Shown here piece by piece: positions 17,901 through 25,507 of a stretch of DNA of 32,000 nucleotides; positions within the stretch are counted from its first letter, which is position 1, and each line of letters opens with the position of its first letter. A program made the translations under genes and the position numbers. The notes beneath the pieces are model-generated. The model did not search any database, had not been told where the DNA came from, and was given only the letters and a program-made list of their open reading frames with translations. Source of the stretch: Desulfobulbus propionicus DSM 2032 (GTDB lineage: Bacteria > Desulfobacterota > Desulfobulbia > Desulfobulbales > Desulfobulbaceae); assembly GCF_000186885.1 (NCBI RefSeq), contig NC_014972.1, forward strand, positions 1,350,001 through 1,382,000. The letters are read 5' to 3'.

Positions 17901-18465
17901 GAAGGGCACCGGTTTGGGCCTGGCCATCGTGCACGGCATCGTGGCCGATACCGGCGGGTTCATCACCTGCGAGAGCGAGCCGGGGCAAGGGACGGCGTTC
18001 CACGTCTTTCTTCCGGCCCACGAGGCGAGCGTTCCGCTCCAGGACAAGGCGGCCGACACTAGCCCCTCGGGCCGGGAACGGATTCTCCTGGTGGACGACG
18101 AGGCCATGCTGGCGGAGATGGGCAAGACCATGCTTGAACGCCTGGGCTACACGGTGATCAGCCAGACCAGCAGCCTGGAGGCCTTGGCGATGTTTCAGCA
18201 GCGGCCCCGGGATTTCGACGCGGTCATCACCGATCAGACCATGCCCAGCCTGACCGGCATCGACCTGGCGCAGCGCATGCTGCGGATACGGCCCGATCTG
18301 CCGATCATTCTGTGCACCGGCTTCAGCAGTCTCGTCAATGAACAACAGGCCAAGGCGTGCGGCGTCAGAGGTTTTCTCATGAAGCCCCTGACCAAGAAAG
18401 GGCTGGCCGAGCTGCTACGCAGGGTGCTGGACGAGGGACGCGGCACATCGGCATCGGCGCCGTAG
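14956..18465 (+). CDS. Multi-PAS hybrid sensor histidine kinase with C-terminal receiver domain
   Basis: 1169 aa (possible start 14968, MEHAAEF); several PAS/PAC units, [63 protein letters not shown]...VITDQTMP. Confidence 0.95.
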   Translation: [1169 protein letters not shown]

Positions 18466-18597
18466 GGGAGGGGCGGGCCATCGAGCTGCCCGCCACAGAT
18501 GCGTTTGGTTCCATGAGGCGAGACAGGGCCATGCACACCGCCCGGATCATCGACAGCCATATCCACTGCGGTATCCGGCATGCGGCATGGCGTTCTG

Positions 18598-19209
18598 CTA
18601 TTTCGGAGGCGGGAGAATTTCGAGCAGCTCGTCGGCTTTTTGCGGATTGAGGTGGCGGAGCTGTTCGAGGCTTTCCTGGGCGGCGGCGGGATTGTCGGAG
18701 GAAAAATACACGTAGGAGAGATTGCTCCACCCTTCGACATCGCCCGGGTTGATGCGCACCGTCTGGCGGTACGAATCGATGGCCTCGTTGTAGCGTTTTT
18801 GTTCCGTGTACACAAAGCCGAGATTGCTCCACCCGTCCGCATCTTGCGGATTGATGCGCACCGTCTGGCGATACGCGGCAACGGCCTCGTCGTACCGGTG
18901 CAGGTTGAGATAGCAATACCCCAGACAATGCCAGGCCCAGGCATCCTCGGGCACGTCCCGTGACCATTCCTGGCACCAGTCCAGCATGCCTTTCCAATCG
19001 GATGACTCTTGGAACGCCTCCGAACCTTTGAGCCATTGATCGTGGCTGCGGCTGGATGGTTGTGGCGGCGGGGGCTGCTCCTGCGCGGCTGGAGAGGGGC
19101 GGGCAACGGCAGGGTGGGTGGTTTGCTCAGGTGCTTGGCCCGCCCGAAGCCCCTGGGCAACGGCAAAACAAAGGATGAGCAAGGCAACGGTCGTGGTGAG
19201 CTTGAACAT
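18598..19209 (-). CDS. Secreted TPR-repeat protein
   Basis: Signal peptide MFKLTTTVALLILCFAVAQGLRA; consecutive TPRs RYDEAVAAYRQTVRINPQDADGWSNLGFVYTEQK / RYNEAIDSYRQTVRINPGDVEGWSNLSYVYFSSD. Confidence 0.88.
   Translation of the reverse strand: MFKLTTTVALLILCFAVAQGLRAGQAPEQTTHPAVARPSPAAQEQPPPPQPSSRSHDQWLKGSEAFQESSDWKGMLDWCQEWSRDVPEDAWAWHCLGYCYLNLHRYDEAVAAYRQTVRINPQDADGWSNLGFVYTEQKRYNEAIDSYRQTVRINPGDVEGWSNLSYVYFSSDNPAAAQESLEQLRHLNPQKADELLEILPPPK
18694..18897 (-). repeat. Tandem 102 bp TPR-encoding repeat units inside the TPR gene
   Basis: Two adjacent 34-codon units with near-identical core YRQTVRINPxDxxGWSNLxxVY. Confidence 0.8.
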
Positions 19210-19377
19210 TATCGGTCACTCCAATGCCCGCACGATAGACGAAAAACAGCCGCTCGGCGAGTGTTTCATTGCCTCCTCGTCAGGAAAAGCAACTCGAGGA
19301 AGCCTTTTCAAGGACGCCCAGGCAAGCCCCTGTTCGTCCCAGGCACACATCTATAACAGCAGAATTGAGCGATACGC

Positions 19378-20637
19378 ATGAACGAGACCACCACCCCGCC
19401 CCCGTCAGGCGAAGCACATCCGCAGCGACACGCCTCCCTTCCACCGGCAGGAACAGCCGCGAAAAGGGGGCTGCAATTCAACAGGATGGAATTGTCCGGC
19501 GCCTTTGGCGACCTGGGGACCATGCTGCCCATTGTCTTGGGCATGATCCTGATCAATGGTCTGAGCCCATCGACCGTCTTTCTCACCTTTGGCCTTTTCT
19601 ACCTTTTTGCCGGCTTTTATTATCGACTGCCCATCCCCGTGCAGCCGTTGAAGGCGGTTGGCGCCATTGCCATTGCCTATCCCGCTCTGATTACCGAACC
19701 GGTGATCGGCGCTGCGGGTATCCTTTTCGGTGCCATCCTCCTGGTGTTATCCCTCACCGGCATGGTCGATCGGATTGCGAAACTTTTTTCCCAGGCGGTG
19801 GTCCGTGGCATTCAGTTGACGTTAGGGCTTATTTTTCTGAAGAAGGGGATCGAACTCATTGTCCATGAACAGGTGTTCATGTCGGGCGGACCGGCCCGTT
19901 TCGCGGAGTATCCGGTCAATCTGATCACCGGCATCGCCGTGTTCGTCCTGGTCCTGCTCCTGCTCAACAACACACGGTATCCTGCCGCTCTGGCCGCGCT
20001 GGCCGTCGGCATCGTTGTGGGATGTGCGCTTGGCGGGTTTACCGGACGCGGTGTTTCTCTTGGCCCCACCTCCATCCATCTCATCCAACCAACGATCGCC
20101 GATTTTTGGACCGCCTTCATCATGCTGGTGCTGCCGCAGATTCCCCTCACCATCGGCAACGCCTGCGTGGGAACCGCGGACACCTGCGCCAACCTCTTCA
20201 GCGACGACCCGTCCACAAGAAAGGCGAAAGCCGGAACATTCGCCTTCTCCATGGGGCTGATCAATTTCCCCGCCGGATTTTTCGGCTCCGTGCCCATGTG
20301 CCACGGTACCGGGGGATTGGCGGCGCATTACCGTTTCGGCGCCAGAACCGGCGGCGCGCCTGTGATGATCGGTTTGTTTTTCCTCCTGGTCGCCCTGGGG
20401 CTGGGAGAATTCGGCTTTGCGGTGTTGTCGTTGATTCCCCAATCCGTTCTCGGGGTGTTGCTGGTTTTCGCCGGGTTGGAGCTTTGCCCGCTGCTGCGCA
20501 GTCTCAAGACCAACGAGGAGTATTTCGTGGCCTTGTTGATCGCCGGCATCGCCCTGGTCATTCCCAACATGGCGTGGGCCTTTGGGATCGGCATTCTCGT
20601 CGATAGCGTGATCCGGCTGCTGAAAATCAAAATTTAA
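19378..20637 (+). CDS. MOT1-type (molybdate/sulfate transporter-like) integral membrane protein
   Basis: LSGAFGDLGTMLPIVLGMILINGLSPSTVFLTFGLFYLFAGFYYRLPIPVQPLKAVGAIAIA; LPQIPLTIGNACVGTADTCANLF; VPMCHGTGGLAAHYRFGARTGGAPVMIG, all characteristic motifs of the family. Confidence 0.88.
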   Translation: MNETTTPPPSGEAHPQRHASLPPAGTAAKRGLQFNRMELSGAFGDLGTMLPIVLGMILINGLSPSTVFLTFGLFYLFAGFYYRLPIPVQPLKAVGAIAIAYPALITEPVIGAAGILFGAILLVLSLTGMVDRIAKLFSQAVVRGIQLTLGLIFLKKGIELIVHEQVFMSGGPARFAEYPVNLITGIAVFVLVLLLLNNTRYPAALAALAVGIVVGCALGGFTGRGVSLGPTSIHLIQPTIADFWTAFIMLVLPQIPLTIGNACVGTADTCANLFSDDPSTRKAKAGTFAFSMGLINFPAGFFGSVPMCHGTGGLAAHYRFGARTGGAPVMIGLFFLLVALGLGEFGFAVLSLIPQSVLGVLLVFAGLELCPLLRSLKTNEEYFVALLIAGIALVIPNMAWAFGIGILVDSVIRLLKIKI

Positions 20638-20659
20638 CCCTGGGCACGTCCGTGGATAT

Positions 20660-20680
20660 CCCTGTCCGCAAAGGACAGGG
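20660..20680. terminator. Hairpin just after the transporter stop
   Basis: Perfect 8 bp stem CCCTGTCC/GGACAGGG with 5 nt loop, 23 nt downstream of the ORF end; lacks a T-tract, so termination is uncertain. A second GC-rich hairpin GCGGGCC/GGCCCGC lies at 20699-20721. Confidence 0.4.
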
Positions 20681-20868
20681 AAAGAATGGAGTCGGATGGC
20701 GGGCCAGGAGGACCGGCCCGCATTTCAGGGGCGTTTCCCGCCTAGCCAAGCCCTATTGCCCAGGAGAGCAGAGAGGTTCCTCCGATGCAAACGGCGGCGA
20801 AGGGGAGCGATCGAGCGAAAAGTCGGGCCGCGGAGACGGTGTGCCAGCCATCGCCCATCCTTTGATCG

Positions 20869-22533
20869 CTATTCAAGGGGGACGTCGTTTTTCGTCTGTG
20901 CTGGCAGCCTGTTCGATAAACCCATTTTGTCCGCCAACGTGCTCATGGTTGACGCATTGCTGATCCAGAAGGTATAGGCGTTTTTCCCCGCATTTTTCGA
21001 ATCATAGAGGGCGATATCGGCCTTTTTGAACAACTCGCCGAAGTTCTCGCCGTCATCGGCATGCATGGCGATGCCGATGCTGACTGAAATGTTGGTGTGG
21101 GGAAACCGCCGCGCGATCCTTTCGTCAAATCCGGCGAGCAGCTTTTGGGCAACTGACCGTACCGACTCGGTATTCTCAGCCTTGGGAACGATAATGGCAA
21201 ATTCGTCCCCACCAAGACGGAACAGGTTCTCGGCGGGAAAGATGTGCATCAGCAGGTTCGAGAAGGCCACCAAGATCCTGTCGCCCTCATCGTGACCATA
21301 CTGATCGTTGACCTCCTTGAAATTATCGAGATCGGCGAGCAGGAGCGCGGTGTCGCGCTGGCAGGGGGTCTTTCGCATGAAATCCTGAAGGCTGCGTCTG
21401 TTGTTCAGCCTGGTCAGGTAATCGGTGTTCGCGTCCATGAGCAGTTTGTTCTTGTACCGGTGCTCAAGGGTGATATCGAGAAAGAGATAGATGTAGCCGG
21501 CCAACACACCAAAAATATCGAGCAGCTTTTCATCGTGTATTTTCAGAACCTGGTCCTTGGAAATCAGCAGTGTTCCTTCCTCGTTCCGCTCCACGATCCA
21601 TCGTTTGTTACGGGCGAAATTTCCAGCTGTAGCGATGAACGACTCGATGTCGCCGCCGATCAGCTCATCTCGTTGCAGCGAAAACAAATTGATGGATTTC
21701 TGGTTGATACTGGTGATGTTTTTGTTTTTGTCGGTCACCATGACCGCAAAGGGCAGCCCCTCGAGCAGGATGTTCAGCTCGATCAGCAGATTCTGCAGAT
21801 CAGTGACATCGTGGGCGAATCCGACCGTGCCGATAACCTTGCCATCCACGTCGAAAATCGGTGATTTGTACGTTTTGAACTTACGCAGCTCATCCTGACA
21901 CTTCACCGTCTCGTCAAAAAGGCAGGTTTCCTTTTTGTTCAGGACAATTTCTTCCGATTCCAGGCAGATATATTCACCCTGGGCATACTCGTCGGGTTCT
22001 ATGCCCCAGATATAATAATGCCCCCGGCCTTGGATCTGGGCCTTGGTCTTGTCCACCGCGCGGCAGAAACTGGTGTTGACCTTCAGGTGCGCGCCCCGTG
22101 CATCCTTGAACCAGATCAGGTCGGGCAGGCTGTCTATCAAGGTGTCGAGATATTTTTCTGTAAGGCTGGCGTCCTCTCGCTCCTTCAACCGCGCCAGGAT
22201 CTTGCCAAAGGAGGAGAGGGCTTGGGCATCGGTAAAGGGTTTGATCCATAGCTGGTCGAGCAGGTCCTGGACCTCCGTCAGGCCGGTGAGGCTGCTGGCG
22301 GTGCAACAGGCGATCAGGGCGGCGTGGGCTTCCTTTTCCGCGTGGACCATTTTTATGGTTTCCGTGGTGCACGAATCGAGGAGGATGATCGCGCAGTCTC
22401 GTACCTCCTCGTCTGCTTGCGCTCGACAGATGATGTGATGCGAGAACCGCTCCCGCGGGGGAACGCCCCGCAGCAGCGTTTCGAGTCGTGAGTCCTGGGT
22501 TATGATTAAGATCTTCAACAAACGGTGGTACAT
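20869..22533 (-). CDS. Diguanylate cyclase with N-terminal receiver-like region and PAS domains
   Basis: PAS LIDSLPDLIWFKDARGAHLKVNTSFCRAV; second PAS; GGDEF domain DANTDYLTRLNNRRSL...LFRLGGDEFAIIVP...SVSIGIAMHADDG. Confidence 0.92.
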   Translation of the reverse strand: MYHRLLKILIITQDSRLETLLRGVPPRERFSHHIICRAQADEEVRDCAIILLDSCTTETIKMVHAEKEAHAALIACCTASSLTGLTEVQDLLDQLWIKPFTDAQALSSFGKILARLKEREDASLTEKYLDTLIDSLPDLIWFKDARGAHLKVNTSFCRAVDKTKAQIQGRGHYYIWGIEPDEYAQGEYICLESEEIVLNKKETCLFDETVKCQDELRKFKTYKSPIFDVDGKVIGTVGFAHDVTDLQNLLIELNILLEGLPFAVMVTDKNKNITSINQKSINLFSLQRDELIGGDIESFIATAGNFARNKRWIVERNEEGTLLISKDQVLKIHDEKLLDIFGVLAGYIYLFLDITLEHRYKNKLLMDANTDYLTRLNNRRSLQDFMRKTPCQRDTALLLADLDNFKEVNDQYGHDEGDRILVAFSNLLMHIFPAENLFRLGGDEFAIIVPKAENTESVRSVAQKLLAGFDERIARRFPHTNISVSIGIAMHADDGENFGELFKKADIALYDSKNAGKNAYTFWISNASTMSTLADKMGLSNRLPAQTKNDVPLE

Positions 22534-22907
22534 GCCTCAACTCCGTCAATGGCGTGGCGCGATGCCTCGTGGGTGCCGTTCACATGAGCGCTTGCGGCCG
22601 GTGCGCGCGGCTGGGTTCCGCCGGACATTATTTGGCCAAAGGGGATTCCTGCGTGTCGAGATTATCTTGATGTGGTCAGCAATTCCCGGTCTCCCGCTGG
22701 AGCAGTTGGGCGCAAGGTGAACGCGGAGTGTACCCCGAAAGGCCCAAGGGATACAGTAAACATTTGTTTCGCGATTCATCCAACAGCACCCGCCGCACCG
22801 AAGCCGCTCGATTCTTCCGGCGAGAGATCGGCCGGCCAACACCTCTTGAGTGGCGCGCATCGCAGTGCGTGCCCGGGCAGCTCTTAGCAAAGCGCCAAAG
22901 ACATCGG

Positions 22908-23843
22908 CTAGCGCATTTCCATGCTCCGCGATTCCCGCATCATCTCCGCTGGACTTTGCCCAAAGTAGCGCTTGAATTCACGGCTGAATTGAGACGCGCT
23001 CTCATACCCCACCTTGTCGGCGGCGATGTTGGCCTTGATGCTTTCCTGGATCATTAAATCCCTTGCTTTGGTCAGTCTGATTTTTTTCAAATACTGCAGG
23101 GGAGAATCCGAGGTGATCTCTTTAAAGGCCCGATGGAACGCGGAAACGCTCAAATGAGCCATTTTGGCCAACTGTTCCACGTCCAGTTTCCCCGCATAGT
23201 CGCTTTGCATCACCTTGAGGACGCGGGCGACCTGTGAAAACGTGCCGCTGTGCAAGGCCAGGGAGTAGAGGACCGGCGCCTGGGTTCCGCGCAGTGCCCG
23301 ATAGAGAATTTCCCGCACGATTCCAGGGCCTAATATTTGTGCTTCAGTCTCTGAACGCAAACATTTGACCAGCCTCGTCGTCGCATCCACCATCTCCTCA
23401 TCCATGACGGCCGGGCCGATCCCGCGAGGCAGTATCCGTTCGCCGCCCTTGCCGATTCCTGTTTGCGTATCTATTCGACCGATCAGGTCATGTAATTGAC
23501 CCATGTCAATATCGATGTACAATCCACGCAGTGGCTCCTTTGGAGTCGCAAAGGTCTCGCATTCGAACGGCATGGTGACCGAAGTCACCAGATACTGGTT
23601 GGCGTCGTAGCGAAATTTCCGGTCGCCCAGGTAACCAATCTTGTGCCCCTGGACAACGATACAGAGGCCAGGATCGTAGACCATCGGTTTCCTGGGAAGA
23701 GGGCGGGTTTCCTTGAAAAAAAGCACCCCGTGAAGCCGGGATGGAGAGGGGCCGTCCTCAATGTCCGGAAAGTTCCGCAACAGTTCAACCATCTTTGCCA
23801 TAGAAAAAGCTCTCTTGTTTCGGATACCATCTTTAGACAACAT
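22908..23843 (-). CDS. AraC-family transcriptional regulator with AraC_N domain (YqhC-like)
   Basis: AraC_N-type LCIVVQGHKIGYLGDRKFRYDANQYLVTSVTMPFECE; HTH LAKMAHLSVSAFHRAFKEITSDSPLQYLKKIRLTKARDLM, YESASQFSREFKRYFGQSPAE. Start could also be 23801 (MAKMVELL). Confidence 0.93.
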   Translation of the reverse strand: MLSKDGIRNKRAFSMAKMVELLRNFPDIEDGPSPSRLHGVLFFKETRPLPRKPMVYDPGLCIVVQGHKIGYLGDRKFRYDANQYLVTSVTMPFECETFATPKEPLRGLYIDIDMGQLHDLIGRIDTQTGIGKGGERILPRGIGPAVMDEEMVDATTRLVKCLRSETEAQILGPGIVREILYRALRGTQAPVLYSLALHSGTFSQVARVLKVMQSDYAGKLDVEQLAKMAHLSVSAFHRAFKEITSDSPLQYLKKIRLTKARDLMIQESIKANIAADKVGYESASQFSREFKRYFGQSPAEMMRESRSMEMR

Positions 23844-23982
23844 TACTAGCTGTTATGCGTCACAAAATCAACGTGCAAGCAGAAATAGGCAAGAATTAGA
23901 CAGGAACAGGTATTCCAAATCCGCCTGCTGGGAAGTACGTTCCTGCGCACTGCAACAGCAACTCAAGAACAGGAGGTTTCGC

Positions 23983-25170
23983 ATGAATTTTGAATTTCAC
24001 AATCCCACCCATCTGATCTTTGGCGCAGGCGTGCTTTCGCGACTGGGGGAGGTGGTCGGCAGGCATGGCAAAAAAGCCTTGCTGGTCACCGGCGGCGGCA
24101 GCGTCAAACGCAGCGGCACCTTCGACCGGGCCGTGGCAAGCCTCAAGGCTGCCGGGGTTGCCTGGGTCGAATGCGACGGTGTCGAGCCCAACCCGCGAAT
24201 ATCCACCGTCAGGCGTGGTGCCCAGATCGCCCGTGACGAACACTGCGATGTGATTATTGCCCTGGGAGGCGGCAGCACCATGGACGCCTCCAAGGTCATG
24301 GCCGCCGCCTTCTATTATGACGGCGATCCCTGGGACATGATTCTGCACGGTCAGCCCACTCCGCATATCCCGACCCGCGCCCTGCCGCTCATCACCGTGC
24401 CGACGCTCGCGGCCACCGGTTCCGAGATGAACATGGGGGCGGTGATCTCCAACGAGGCAACCAAGGAGAAGTCCTTTGTCCAGGCTAAATGTCTGTACCC
24501 CAGGGTGGCGCTGGTGGACCCCGAACTGACGAAGAGCGTGCCCAGGGATCAGACCGCCTACGGGGTGTGCGACCTGATCACCCATGTGACCGAAGCCTAT
24601 TTCAACGGCGTTGACGACACCCCCATTCAGGACCGGTTCGCCGAAGGCGTCATCCTCACGGCCATGGAGTGGGGCCCCAAGGCCCTTGCCGATGGCAATG
24701 ATCTGGAGGCCCGCGCGCAGGTGCAATGGGCCTCCATCGTCGCCCTCAACGGCTGGGTGAACGCGGGCACCAATGGGGGCTACCCGGTACACATGATCGA
24801 GCATACCCTGTCCGCCTATCACGACATCACCCACGCGGCTGGCCTGGCCGTGGTCAATCCTTCCTGGATGCGGTTTGCCGCCCGGCATAGGCCGCACAAG
24901 TTCGTCCAGTTCGCCGAGCGCATTTTCGGCCTCACGGCCAAAGATCCCGCGGACCTGGAGTGCGCCCTTGAGGGCATTGATCGTTTTGAAAGTTTTCTTA
25001 AAGAGATCGGTTGTCCCACGCGGCTGGCCGAGCTGCAGATCGATGACGGCCTGCTCACTCGGTATGCCCAGGATACCTTGCGTGTTATCCACGACGCGAA
25101 CGGCAACCTGCCGGGGCGTCCGGCAATGACCGAGGCGGACATTGTCGCGGTACTCAAGGCCGCCCTGTAA
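23983..25170 (+). CDS. Iron-containing alcohol dehydrogenase, YqhD/butanol-dehydrogenase-like
   Basis: MNFEFHNPTHLIFGAGVLSRLGEV, ALGGGSTMDASKVMAA, TLAATGSEMNMGAVI, HMIEHTLSAYHDITHAAGLAVVNPSWM; strong SD aggagg. The track ORF from 23761 is over-extended. Confidence 0.94.
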   Translation: MNFEFHNPTHLIFGAGVLSRLGEVVGRHGKKALLVTGGGSVKRSGTFDRAVASLKAAGVAWVECDGVEPNPRISTVRRGAQIARDEHCDVIIALGGGSTMDASKVMAAAFYYDGDPWDMILHGQPTPHIPTRALPLITVPTLAATGSEMNMGAVISNEATKEKSFVQAKCLYPRVALVDPELTKSVPRDQTAYGVCDLITHVTEAYFNGVDDTPIQDRFAEGVILTAMEWGPKALADGNDLEARAQVQWASIVALNGWVNAGTNGGYPVHMIEHTLSAYHDITHAAGLAVVNPSWMRFAARHRPHKFVQFAERIFGLTAKDPADLECALEGIDRFESFLKEIGCPTRLAELQIDDGLLTRYAQDTLRVIHDANGNLPGRPAMTEADIVAVLKAAL

Positions 25171-25310
25171 GGGCCTTGCTCGGCGGTTTCTCGCCCGGAG
25201 GGGAAAATGGAGTACAACGAATTCATGCCACCGGTCAAGCGGCGCGAACCGATTGCCGGCGACACTTCCCGATGATGTGGTTGTCCACCCAAGCAGGAGA
25301 GGCGCATTCG

Positions 25311-25397
25311 ATGATCATTGCAGGAAACGGCTCACAGGCGAGCATCAAGGGACCAGCGGCTTGGTTTTCCGGCACAATGCGCAACGTCACACACTGA
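25311..25397 (+). pseudogene. Truncated N-terminal remnant of a cupin-domain protein
   Basis: 28 aa MIIAGNGSQASIKGPAAWFSGTMRNVTH* resembles the conserved N-terminus of small cupin proteins (xxxGSQPSxKGPAEWFTGTVRxD...), then stops. Confidence 0.55.
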
Positions 25398-25507
25398 AAG
25401 GAGGGCTGAACATGCAGATCCCATGCAGCGTGAGTTGTCTTGAAGGTCTGGCCAGGACGGACAGGAGGTCGCGGGAGCGCTGAACGCATCAACGGCCCTT
25501 GCCTGGA

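Noticed and set aside
14881-18345. 1154 aa minus-strand ORF
   Set aside because: Fully antisense to the hybrid kinase; low-complexity, His/Pro/Leu/Gly-biased translation without domain motifs, a typical GC-rich codon-position shadow.
18694-18897. CRISPR- or satellite-like short tandem repeat
   Set aside because: Period is 102 bp and translates into TPR motifs; it is a protein repeat, not a DNA array.
22534-22907. Possible riboswitch or tRNA in the GC-rich region upstream of the diguanylate cyclase
   Set aside because: No cloverleaf, T-loop (GTTCRAN) or c-di-GMP aptamer-like GCAAA/conserved core recognised by eye; would need Infernal/Rfam.
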